A DNA stretch of 63,437 nucleotides, filler included, from Reticulomyxa filosa (taxonomy: Eukaryota; Protista; Foraminifera), in NCBI GenBank assembly GCA_000512085.1. It is 22 parts of 22 records of this genome, joined end to end, with 100 filler letters (N's around TTAATTAATTAA, not from the genome) between each part and the next. Parts side by side here need not be neighbours in the genome. Positions count along the whole stretch, not along the records: positions 25,320 to 31,426 come from ASPP01006923.1; positions 31,527 to 36,332 come from ASPP01010521.1; positions 36,433 to 39,600 come from ASPP01005761.1; 19 more parts are not named here. One strand, 5' to 3'. The translations under genes and the position numbers were made by a program. Position 1 is the stretch's first letter. The number at the start of each line of letters is the position of its first letter. The notes beneath the pieces are model-generated. The model searched no databases. It was not told the DNA's origin and saw only the letters and a list, made by a program, of their open reading frames with translations. Of this stretch, positions 26,293-39,540 are shown one piece after another.

Positions 26293-27786
26293 TTATGGTA
26301 ATTCCATATCTTTAGTAAGCAAAGTCAATTTAGCATTTTTAGCAACGGATATCATTTCTTCAAAGGTGGCATCCTGACTTTGTTCCAGGAAGGTGATGGC
26401 AATGCAAACGCGATTTTCGGGAACAAAGCCTCGAGCAGTTCTGCCAATTCTGTGGAGATATGTTTCGATCGAGGTCGGAGTATGGAAATTGAAGACCGTG
26501 TCCAAGTCAGGCAGATCCAATCCTCTGGACACGTTATCGGTGAGCACGAGTATGCGAAGTTCATTGTCCCGAAATTTCTGTAAAATGCGTGCCCTTTTGC
26601 GATCGGACAAGATTTTGGAGACGCCATAAGTGAGAGGTTCGATGGTCTCTTTGATCCTGTTGGTGATCTTTTCGACGTCACTAAGAGTGCGAACAAAGCA
26701 AATGATTTTGCGATGTTTCATTTTCTCCAAAAGTCCGAGCAGCAAGTTGCGTCGATTGGCTTTATTTTTGGAGAACATTTTGAACTGTTTGATTTGATAA
26801 GGTATCTCATATCGATAGGTGGTATCATACGTGCCCAAATAAATGGGGTTTTTCAATTGCAATAAGGCAATGTTTTTCGCATTGAAATCGATTGTCGCCG
26901 ACAATGCTATTTTCATCGTTCTTTTGTTTGACTTGCATACTTGAGTCCATAGATCAGCTATATTTATACGCGAGTACTCGCAGTCTTGCACTATGCGATC
27001 CATTTCATCCAATACAATGATATCATAATTTATATTATTATTTGCATTGGCATTGCATTTTAAATAATTCACCAATCCTGCGATTGTAAAAATGTCAATG
27101 CCACCAATTATTTTTTTTTTATTTTGTTTGTTTGTTAGATCCTCGATTTGTCTTTTCTTCATTGTCGTCGTCATCATCATCATTGGATCTCCTTCTTCTC
27201 CTTCCGCAATTGCGTTCAAGTCCTCCGACGGGGTCATTTCGTTCACTTTAATCATGATAGGAATATGCGCGGCCATTCGTCGACAGGTGGAATAGGTCTG
27301 CAATGACAGATCTCTTGATGGTGTCACCAACAGTGCTTGCTTGGGCTTACTGCTCATCAACAACTGCTGGATCACTGCCATCACGATTGACACTGTCTTC
27401 CCACTACCCGTTGGATTACATACTGCTATGTCACGCTCTTCCATCCCCGCTCGCAATATCGCCGGAATTATGTCCATTTGGATCGGAAACCACTCGCGGT
27501 ATCCTTCTGCTTTTAAATTCTTCATCAACACTGGATGCAATTTCAGTCCATCGATCGGTGTCGAATGTCTCCCAACCACGTCCTTCGTCTTTTTAAACCA
27601 AAAGGGCACTTCGACCACCCATTCTTTGCTCTTCGACTTCTTCGGAAGCTTTTCTTCCGGAAAGTCGGTCAACTTGTATATTTCTGCCACTTCCGTATCT
27701 TTTACTTTCTTTTCTTCAGTATCATCGTTTCTATCAGCAGCTTGTCCATATTCTGCTTCTTCATCAAAAATTCTCAAATAGCTCAT
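26293..27786 (-). CDS. DEAD-box RNA helicase, Dbp6/DDX51-like (intronless)
   Basis: Q motif WFPIQ, PTGSGKT, PSRDL, DEMD, SAT, SRGLD, YLHRIGRTAR. The subfamily assignment is less certain than the family. Confidence 0.9.
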   Translation of the reverse strand: MSYLRIFDEEAEYGQAADRNDDTEEKKVKDTEVAEIYKLTDFPEEKLPKKSKSKEWVVEVPFWFKKTKDVVGRHSTPIDGLKLHPVLMKNLKAEGYREWFPIQMDIIPAILRAGMEERDIAVCNPTGSGKTVSIVMAVIQQLLMSSKPKQALLVTPSRDLSLQTYSTCRRMAAHIPIMIKVNEMTPSEDLNAIAEGEEGDPMMMMTTTMKKRQIEDLTNKQNKKKIIGGIDIFTIAGLVNYLKCNANANNNINYDIIVLDEMDRIVQDCEYSRINIADLWTQVCKSNKRTMKIALSATIDFNAKNIALLQLKNPIYLGTYDTTYRYEIPYQIKQFKMFSKNKANRRNLLLGLLEKMKHRKIICFVRTLSDVEKITNRIKETIEPLTYGVSKILSDRKRARILQKFRDNELRILVLTDNVSRGLDLPDLDTVFNFHTPTSIETYLHRIGRTARGFVPENRVCIAITFLEQSQDATFEEMISVAKNAKLTLLTKDMELP

Positions 27787-29048
27787 TATCCATAGTTTCT
27801 ATCTCTTTTTTTTTGGACTTAGAAAAGACTATTTCCATTACACTAGTTCACGTATTTAGTTTATTGGTTATTTTCTGTTTTCTCTAGAAATAACGCTGAA
27901 AATCAGCTGCTTAATCATTTGCGTTGTTAGTCTTGTCACATTTGCTTGGATGCTTGTTTTTGCAGAGATTATGCCTACATCGTGCATTATGTTTGCTTGA
28001 TTATTCGAATGAAAAACTAATTGGAGTTAGTGTATTAAATTATAACTGTTTTGATTAGCTTGAAATTTTGTTCAATTTGCTTTGTCAATATTTTTTTATA
28101 AACAAAAAAAAAGTGTGATAGCAGTGCAATCAACTATAAATATGTGTAAACAGTTTTTAAAATTGATATTACATAACCTTTAGAGTGTAAACAATAATTT
28201 TGAATAATGCGAACATTTAATTGAAATTATAAATAAATATTTAAGATGGAAGTGCTGTACATAATTCGTATACGTTTTTTTTCAAAATTTGTTATTGCAG
28301 AAAATACAATATTTTTTTAATTTTCATATCATTATAATAAAATTATTGATGCATGCATACTATCAAATAGATTTTTGCTTCAAAAAAAACAAAGTTCTTA
28401 GTCTCTTTATAACATTTTCATGGATGTTGTTCATTTTTGATATTCGCACTATTATGTGTGCATAACATTAGAAATGACGTACATAACATACGGATTTGAT
28501 GAATCGGAATTGCAGTATCAGTATGTTGTACATGCGGAGCAGGGACATTTATATTGCATTATGACGAAATTGTATTCTTGAATAAACAAGTTGTTCCACA
28601 GAAAGTGGTTAGAAACTAATAGGAAAAAAAAACGGATATTAACACATATTGAATAGTAGTGCTTTAAAAGTACGTATGGCGATTGATGTTGCCGTACATT
28701 TGTGTATACAATGTTTTATTATTTCTATTGCAAATTAAAGATATAACGACCATTTGACAATTTATGGTTTCAAAAGAACAAATACATTTTATCCACTAAA
28801 AAAATCGATTTCATTTCCTCCCTCGTTCCAGAAGAATAAAAAAAAACCTAAAATTAATTTCTTTCACCCGCTTTTTGTTTTTCCCAATCAAAAACAAGGA
28901 TTCCTTGCGCGCACAATTCTTTACTTTACTCCTTAGCCCGCAAAGCAGCTTTTAAGGTTTGCTATAAAAAAAAAAAAAAAGCAAGATCATTGAACAAGTT
29001 ACGAAAGAAATCAAGTAGAAAAAAAAAATAAAACAATTTATTTTTTTT

Positions 29049-31426
29049 TTACAAAACATGAATAGCTTGGCCCAAGTTATTGAGTTGTGGTTTATTTTGT
29101 GCGATCCAAGCAATAAAGTTTTGGATATATGATTCGCCCAGTTTGATATTCCAAAGTTGAGTATGACGACTATAATCAGCAAGCAACTTGATCATAGTGC
29201 CGCAACCCAGACGTAGCGCCATGTCATCCAGCCCGGGGACTTTGTACCACTCATATTGGAACAAGCACTGGATAATTCCGACCTGGATGAGTTTGGTCTG
29301 CAGTTCGGACTTGTCGCACAAATGAAAGAAGACAGCCATGGAATGGTAGAGCAAAGGAGGCGAAGGATAGTGCAGACACGGGGCGACCATTTTGCAAGGC
29401 AAAAGATGGGAAGCAATGTCTTGCTTTAGTCGGTCATCACCAGCCTGCACGGCAATGGAAAGCATTGTGGCAAACTCTTTGTAGCACTCCCCAATTTGCG
29501 TCGTATTATCTTCTCGAGGCTGCGACGATGACGATGATACAGACTTATTACTATTTGAGACAAGTTCGTGGTCCAACAGATAGTCCAGCTGTTTGCCTGT
29601 GATTTCTAACCAATTGGCTTGTGTCAACGAGTGCAACAAATCAAGCTTTTGTGACGATTTGCCCAATCGAATCGCCAAAGTGTTTATCACTTTGATCACT
29701 TGGATATGCACTGTTGACCCCGGCGTGGCCCAACTCATTAGCGAGAGTACCACGGGCACCAAGTGTTTGTCCACCGCCAACGCTGGGGTTATTTCTTTTT
29801 CACAAAAAAAAAAAGGAGAGATTATTGAAAATAAAATAAAATTTTTTTTAAAAAAAATAAACACCTGGTGAGTTGGCAATGTTGAGCAAAATTTTAATCA
29901 TTTCCAATTTGGATTTGTCCGAAGCATGATCATGGTCGAGCAAGGAGTGCAAGCACTCGATCCCACCTTCATCGATGAATGCTCGTCCATTGGGCGCCCA
30001 AGCGCACAGATTGATCAGCGTTCCAAGTGCGGAATCGACCACTTCCGCCTTTTTATTACAAAAAAAAGAAAAGGTAGTTCAAAAATGGATCCCTTTTATA
30101 TAATATATATATACATATATGTGTATATATAAATCAAAACGTTTTCAGCATGTGCGATGAGACCACCGACGACAGCTTCGACCCCATCTTCTCCAATTAA
30201 CTTTTGGCCGTCTGTACAAGTTTGGATTTATATATACATATATGTATAAATAAAAAAGAAGAGTATATTTTTTTAATTGGATTATTTATATATGTATATG
30301 CATATATATGTATATATATGTGTTTTTTTTTTTAAACATTGTAACCGACTTTACTTGTGTCAGCGGCCAAGTTTTGCAAGGCCAAGCAAGCGGCGATTTG
30401 CAAGCGCTCACAGTGATAGTTCTTTTGCACATCTTCAAAGTAGCGGAACTTGTGCATGCCCTCAAGGATGCACGCCACGATCTCTTGGCCTCGCGAGTCG
30501 TCGAGTATGAGCGCGCGATGGATCGGGTTGTGATGGGTCAAGTTGCAAACACACATGAAAGCGACATAGCAAAAGATGGGGTTTTGCAACGCGTTCTTTA
30601 TGGCCGCCGTCAGCGAATGCACGCCCGATTGGTCGGCCGGGTAGTCGACACACAACGCCGACCGACATAACGCACTCATCGCACGACAGCAAGCCATCGA
30701 TATCGCCACGTCTTCGCTCGACTGCTTTAGCACGTTCAACACTGTACGTATTCCTTGTTTCTTCACTATATACTCACGAATGTCTATCATTTGTTTTTTT
30801 GCGTGAAATTTCGGTATTTTTCACGTTCCTTTTTTTTAATTTTTTTTTTTAAGAAAATCAACTGTTGTCTTTGTTCGCCTGCTGCGCCAGCGACGACAAC
30901 ACGCTTTTGAGTTGGTAGTGGTTCGTCGCTCCGGCGCCGTCCGACAAATACGACAACAGCTCGTCTGTGCTCCATTCCGACGCTACAGCAAGAGCAATAC
31001 AAAATTGAACCTTTTGGCAAATAAACAAATAAACAAACAAGCAAATGTGCAAACTGTGACGTGTATTTGAAGCGGTGTTTGGTGATTTGACTGACGTCAC
31101 GAACTGGCTTTTTTCTTCTAACATTTCCTTTGGACTATCCGATTTGTCTTGTTCTTGCCGCGATTGCTGCAATTGCGCTTGTGGCTGCTTCGTTGCAGCG
31201 CCTTTGTCAATGCGAACAGGAGACAAGGGTGTCTTTGGTTCGCTCATCCCTACTTCTTGTTGTTGTTGTTTGGGGGTTTGTACAATTTGAAGTGACTGCA
31301 TTTCTTTCTTCGGACTTTCTATTGCTTTCGAGTCCTTTGGCGTTGCTACTATTGCTTGTGTTGACGCTGATCGATCACGTTGTTTTTTTTTTTTTTTTTT
31401 TTCTCCTTTTTTTTTTTTTTTTTTTT
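29049..31426 (-). CDS. Armadillo-repeat protein (multi-exon, 5' truncated)
   Basis: Repeated ARM-like segments across exons, e.g. IVKKQGIRTVLNVLK...ACCRAMSALC, ACLALQNLA and SALGTLINLC...FIDEGGIECL. Confidence 0.78.
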
Positions 31427-31526
31427 NNNNNNNNNNNNNNNNNNNNNNNNNNNNNNNNNNNNNNNNNNNNTTAATTAATTAANNNNNNNNNNNNNNNNNN
31501 NNNNNNNNNNNNNNNNNNNNNNNNNN

Positions 31527-33560
<2,034 letters not shown>

Positions 33561-33826
33561 TTACGAATCAAAAAATCTTTTTGTAAGCAAGGGGTTATTC
33601 GTAGAATGAACTTTTTTTGTTAACAACGCCCTTTTTTTGTCCACAAAAACAAGGCACCAAATCTCATAAATACTCCCTATAGGGCTTTTATTGATAAAAC
33701 TTACCACAACTTCGCAAACTGATGAATGTCGTTTGCCAAATTCACAATCGCAAAAAAAAACGCTGGAGACTAAAAAAAAATTTTCCTTTTTTCAAATAAA
33801 AGTTTATTAGTAACGAAAACCTAAAA

Positions 33827-34436
33827 ATGGCACAAGAAATCGATGATACAAAACAAATAATAACAGCTTTGGAAAATCCCAAAGGTAGCAACAACTTGCC
33901 TTATTAAAGTAAACAACTTGTTTGCAAGCGGACTAATAAATATATTTGTACATTTCTTCTTTGAACGTGATAAAATCTAGACCGTGAAATTTTGGTCGCA
34001 TTATGCAAGAAAAAGTACATGAATGAAGTAACCGAATTCTTGACATTTCACGAAGACTATTTGAAGACAAAAGACTTGGAAAAAAAAAAAGACAAAGCAC
34101 AGAGAATACTCTTCAAATTTTTAACACTTGACGGAGAGTTGGGTCTTTCAGACGTCTCCTTTTTTTTTCCTCTTTCAAATCTTTAATATGCCATATGAGT
34201 AAAATGAGCACATGATATTGGAAAAACATGCAAAAGAAAAATATATCTATATTAAAAAAACTAGTTGCTGTTTACCAGATTATGTGTTGCTATACAAGAA
34301 CGTTTATCAAAAGATAAAACGATTGGAAAAGAGCAATGAAGAGTTCCCAGATAATTTGTTTCAAGAGGCATACAACAAAGTATTGCTCACTATTAAGCAG
34401 GAGATTTGGGGTGATTTTTTAGACAGCAAAAAGTAA
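33827..34436 (+). CDS. Small stand-alone RGS-domain protein
   Basis: MAQEIDD...ALENPK, intron 33885-33980, then DREILVALCKKKYMNEVTEFL...AQRILFKFL, a second intron, then PDNLFQEAYNKVLLTIKQEIWGDFLDSKK*. The helix pattern fits RGS. Transcribed divergently from KDM5, with 287 bp between the start codons. Confidence 0.7.
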
Positions 34437-35034
34437 ATTGTTTTTTTTGTAGATAATTAATTCTTTGGCTTTCTTACCTTTTTTTTTCCCTTTGTTGTTA
34501 TTGTAATCAAGACTTTTTTTTTCTTGTACTTTGAAAAATTTCTTGGATTTGTTTTTTGTGAACATAAATTGAAGTAAAGACTGAAAATATGTCAAATTTT
34601 GTTTGTGACAAAAATGAAAAGAGCTCAATCAGTTGAAATCTAGTCTCAACTACAACGTTTTCACACAAATATAGACTCTCTTGCGAGCAGCCTGTTCCAA
34701 TACAGGCGAACTCTTTCTGCTCCAACGTCAGTGGAAAGTTCTAGTAAAGACTAACAACAACACTGCAAACAGCAAGCATAAATAACCATTAGAAAACCTT
34801 TTTGAACAAAACAGTTTTTTTACTCCAAAGGAGAAAAAAAAAATATTACTACGAACAAGAAAAAAATTTTCAAATAAAACAAAAATCGTTAGAAAAAGAA
34901 ATGTAAAAAAAGAAAAAAAAATTTATGTCTTGTATTCACAAAGTATATTATTATTGTATGATCCATTCGCAAACACAGCTTGTACATACAGTGCATGAAA
35001 AAAAAAATATAAAAAAAAAGGAGGCTGTTGATTG

Positions 35035-36332
35035 TTATGCTTTGTTGTTGGAACACATTGTCTGCGATGACTTGAGCTCCGCATTGGTTGGGGGTTGTAC
35101 CAAAGGTACTTGTGCGTCAATATTCCATCGGCCTGAGTCAACGATTGTGGCTTCGCAATCGCATGATCGCACAATGCATTCAACGACCAACTTGATTTTT
35201 CTAGTAAAAATTGGCAAAGGGACTTCAACTTTGCGATGTGTCGAAACATTTTCAAAATACGCTTTGCCATTTGGGATATCTACATAAATTTGCACATCTT
35301 CATTGGAATGGAAGAATTTGGAGAGCGCTCCACATTCGCTCCCGAAATGAGTACCAACGTACCATCCACTCACACTTCCGCATCCAGTAGCGAGAGTGTG
35401 CTCAAACAATGTGTCTTCGAACGAGTGTTCGTGCAAATCCAAGTTGCCGTAGTCAATAAGGGCTAATCGCCCATAAAACGACTGCCCCGTTCGGATTTTC
35501 CAATAGTAACGACCCATGGCGTCGTCGACGACAGTATCGCCAAAGATTTGGTGATACGTCCAGTCCTCGGTTTGTCCCGACTTTACTGTCCGTCGATTAT
35601 TCGTCACTTGCAAGAAGGACGATTTTTCTTGTTCACTAAAGCAGTCCACAGGGGCACTGTTGTCCACTGTTACTTTTACATCTTTTTCTTTTTTTTTTTT
35701 TAAAAAAAAAAGACAAGATTTCACAAATGACGAGAAAGGGAGACATTGTATGTATATAGGATACATATGTAAATGGATGTATAAATAAACAATCTACAAG
35801 CAAACCACTATTAGTGAGCGCTTCTTCCACACTTTCCATTTCGTCTTTTTCCCCGTTTGTTGTGATTCCAACCAATTGCCCTTGCTTGCTTTCAGCAGCG
35901 ACAGAGGTCTCTTCCTCTTTGTCATGATGAGTGTGGCGGTAATAGGCCGCGTAATCTTGCAAGCAATCTTCGAAATGCTCCGTTTGTTGCGGTGGTTGTG
36001 ACGTTGTTTTGGTTTGGCTTGGTTGTTCCTTCACTTCATCAATTTTGTCACTTTTATTTTCTTTTTCTTTTTCTTTTTCCTTTTCCTTTTCTTTTTCTTT
36101 TTCTTTTTCTTCATTTCGGCTCGGTTCTTGCTTTGGCTTTTTTTCACCTTTGATCTGCACAAACTTACCATTTTTAACATAGTCATGACAAGAAAGTTCG
36201 TATTCAACTTTGACTTCGAATTCGGCATTGATAAGTTCATTGTTAATTGCCAGTTCTATCATTATTTCCTTATTCTTGTCATTATCGTTGGCATTGATAT
36301 TGGTATTGGTATTAACATTGGTATTGATATTG
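35035..36332 (-). CDS. Protein with a SPRY/B30.2-like C-terminal domain (5' truncated, one intron)
   Basis: NRRTVK...IFGDTVV...GRYYWKIR...DVQIYVDIPNGKAYF pattern. Confidence 0.6.
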
Positions 36333-36432
36333 NNNNNNNNNNNNNNNNNNNNNNNNNNNNNNNNNNNNNNNNNNNNTTAATTAATTAANNNNNNNNNNNN
36401 NNNNNNNNNNNNNNNNNNNNNNNNNNNNNNNN

Positions 36433-37677
36433 TATATACTGCACACATAATTGTATCGCAATTTGTTTGATAATAGCTATCTGTGTGTGTGTGTGTGCAA
36501 AGGTCTATTTAACTGCATCTTTGTCTGCTTCAAACTGTTTTCCAAATTTTCGTTCTTTGCACAGCCTAAACTTGTCCTTGCGGAAAAAGATGGCAACACC
36601 ATCAGGTTGAAGGTTCAGTCTAGACGCAGCGCCCACTGACGCACATGGACTGCTGTTGTTTGGAGAATAGACGCCTTCGTAATCTTTTAAGTAATGGCAA
36701 AAAAACTTTTTTTTTTTTTTTTTGCAATCACACATTAGCCAACAACAAAATGTTCAATTTATGCTTTGGCTTTTCAAATAGATAAATAGATAAATAAATA
36801 AATAAATGAGTATATAGGTATACATATATGTATCATACTTGAAATTGATCGATTTCTTCTAAGGCGACAACATCGGGATTAAATCTCACAATTTCCTCAA
36901 CTAACCGAAAGCCACGATAGCAGAATTTCAAGGACTCGAGTGGCGGACCAATGAAGAACTTGTCTGGCCGTTGTCCTTCATAGATCCCGCTGAGTCCATC
37001 GGCCAATATGTTGAATTGCATCACCGACAGTGTTTCTGCATCTTTTTTCGGATTGAACAGTGGCACAAGGTCGCGACGATACAGTTCTTTGTAGTGCTGC
37101 GAATATTCTTTTTTCAAACGACCCAACTCACGCTTTTGTATGTATTGTATATGATGTGTGTGTGTGTGTGTATACGTGGTTTTCTTTTTTTAATAAGTCA
37201 GATTGTATACGTTGTACTTTGAATTTGTGACCTCATTGTCGGTGTTCAATCCAAGCAAACAAACAAAACAAAAACAAAAACAAAAAAAAAAAAACAACAC
37301 ACACACACATGAACGAAGAAATGCATGAATTGTTGTATAAAAGTTGGCAGAAAACTTGATAGTCGGCAGAGGCAGAAAACAAATCTTTGAATTCGTTGTC
37401 AAATTTGGACAGAGTTATGTCGGTCTTGGAAGAGGAGTGATTGTCATTGGCGGACACGTCCGGTTCCTTTTCTTCAACAGGCGGTTTGGAAGTAAGTGTT
37501 TTGGAGGAGAGAGAGGACCGTTTGCGAGGCGACGAAGGATCGATGGGTTTCTTTCCATTCCGCGCAACACTGGTAAGTGACGATTGCTTCGAAAGGCCGG
37601 ACAACACTCCCACTATAGACGCTGACATATCCGCAGATGCGAGATTTGAAGTTCCATTGGTGTAACTTGTCGATTGA

Positions 37678-37721
<44 letters not shown>

Positions 37722-38534
37722 TTGTTATTATTATTATCATTATCATTATTGTCAATATTGTTACTATTATTGTGATTGAGATTGTCATATTCACTAGCAA
37801 TGGACCGATAGGACGTGGCCAAGTTTTTTTTGGGCAATTGCTGTGACCCCACAGCTTCTTGCGACTGCCTTCTTTTCACTTTGTTTTCCAATTTGTAGAC
37901 GTCTCGCTCTTCGTCTGGCTTCTCCGCCTCTTTCAGACATAGTCGGTACACCAATGTAAATAATCCAGTATTGTGTTCAATGACTACCCCCATTTCGTCG
38001 CCTGACTTGTATTCGCTTCGCAACTCCTTTTCATCAAGTCCTTTGCTTTGATAACCTATCATTAAAAAAACAAAAAACAAAAAAGAAAGGGGTTGTTTGT
38101 TTTTTTTCTGTTTTTTGATTGGTTGCAGTTTTTTTTTTTTTTTTTTTTGGTGATGATGGAGATGTACCAATGCTCAAAATTGCAATGTTTGAACCATTTA
38201 TGGCCTCAATGATGACCGTCCTTATTGTTGAAATCACCAACGCCGGATGAAACCCTGCACGTTTCAGAGCATTTGCGTCAAAAAACTCGCTAAAGTCTCT
38301 TTTGCTCCTTGTGTCGGACACCTTCAACAATATCCCAGTTGGTTCCTCTTTTACGGCCATTTCAAAATGCTGCAATTTCATGCTTTTCGGAACCACATAT
38401 TCGACTCCATTGCATAATTTTTCTCCTCCATTTTTCGTCTCTTTTCCATTCGTGTAGACTTCCCTTTCTGAAGTTTTTTTTTGGAAACCTGAAAAAGAAT
38501 CACTTATTCCGGGAGCATAAATACTGTTGTGCAT
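36433..38534 (-). CDS. Nocturnin-like EEP-family phosphatase with a long N-terminal extension (3' truncated)
   Basis: SVMQFNILADGL...ESLKFCYRGFRLVEEIVRFNPDVVALEEIDQF, intron 36706-36838, then FFCHYLKDYEG...SSPC...PDGVAIFF. Upstream exons from 38534 (intron 38056-38167) are on the same strand, but their linkage is inferred. Confidence 0.85.
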
Positions 38535-39226
38535 TGTTTTTTGTTTGTTATTATTTACTTCAAGCAAAGAGATGTTTAATTCTTTCAAATAAACGTGCAA
38601 GGGGGCCTTAAAAAAAATCCAAAACTAAAAAAAAAAGCTCAAAAAACGTGGATAAACGACATAGGATATGTAAACGGAGTAAGAATATCTTGTGGTTTAA
38701 TATTTGCATATTGTGTTTGTAATTTAAGAAGCTGTGCACGAGAATACAAATACTAGAATGACGGCCAATTTTCAGTAGAAAAACAGTGTTTTAAATTTAA
38801 AAATGCTTTTCATAAACTAACCCAATTGTACAAGAAATGAATTAGTTTGTTTTGCAAAAGTGACGCTTTCACAAAACGTAGAGATATTAAAACAGAGAGT
38901 GTTGATAGTAAAATAATAGAATAAAGGTTTACTTTCTTATCCACAACAGTTCTTGAAGTCTCACCTTCTCATTTCAAAATTGCCAATGAAAGGGGAAAGC
39001 AAAGGTTGGCTAACCGATTCAATTTCACAGTTCCGAACAATGTGGGCACCCAGGTAGTGTTGCAATATTCGTTAGTTGACTCAATTGAATCAAGTGGTAT
39101 GTGGTTTATGATATTATAAAAACAATTTGGCAAAAAAAAAAACCAAAAAAAAACAATTGGCGATGTGTGATGCGCAAAAAAAAATTTAAAAACAAAAAAA
39201 AGTCGTATTATGGATTTGAAAAGGCA

Positions 39227-39540
39227 TTAGATTTGCTGATCCCACACAGCCACCGCGATGAGTGTATACAAGCACAGCAACAGAGCCCCTTCCAACCAAT
39301 TGGACGATCCGTCGCTGACCAATGCGAAAAGGATGATGGACGTGTAGATGAACATTTGAACTTCAAACTGCGGAAAGTCCAAGGTCATGGGTATGTTAAG
39401 AATCCACCCAACGATAACCGCCAGCCCTACGACGAACATGGCCACTTGGGTAGCACTTCCAATGGCAATTGACAGAGCTATGTCCATTTTGCCTTTACGT
39501 GCCATTCGAATGGCCGTGATATGTTCGACTGCATTGCCTA
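39227..39540 (-). CDS. Ca2+/H+ antiporter (CAX), last exon
   Basis: GNAVEH...KMDIALSIAIGSATQVAMFV...DGSSNWLEGALLL. Confidence 0.93.
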
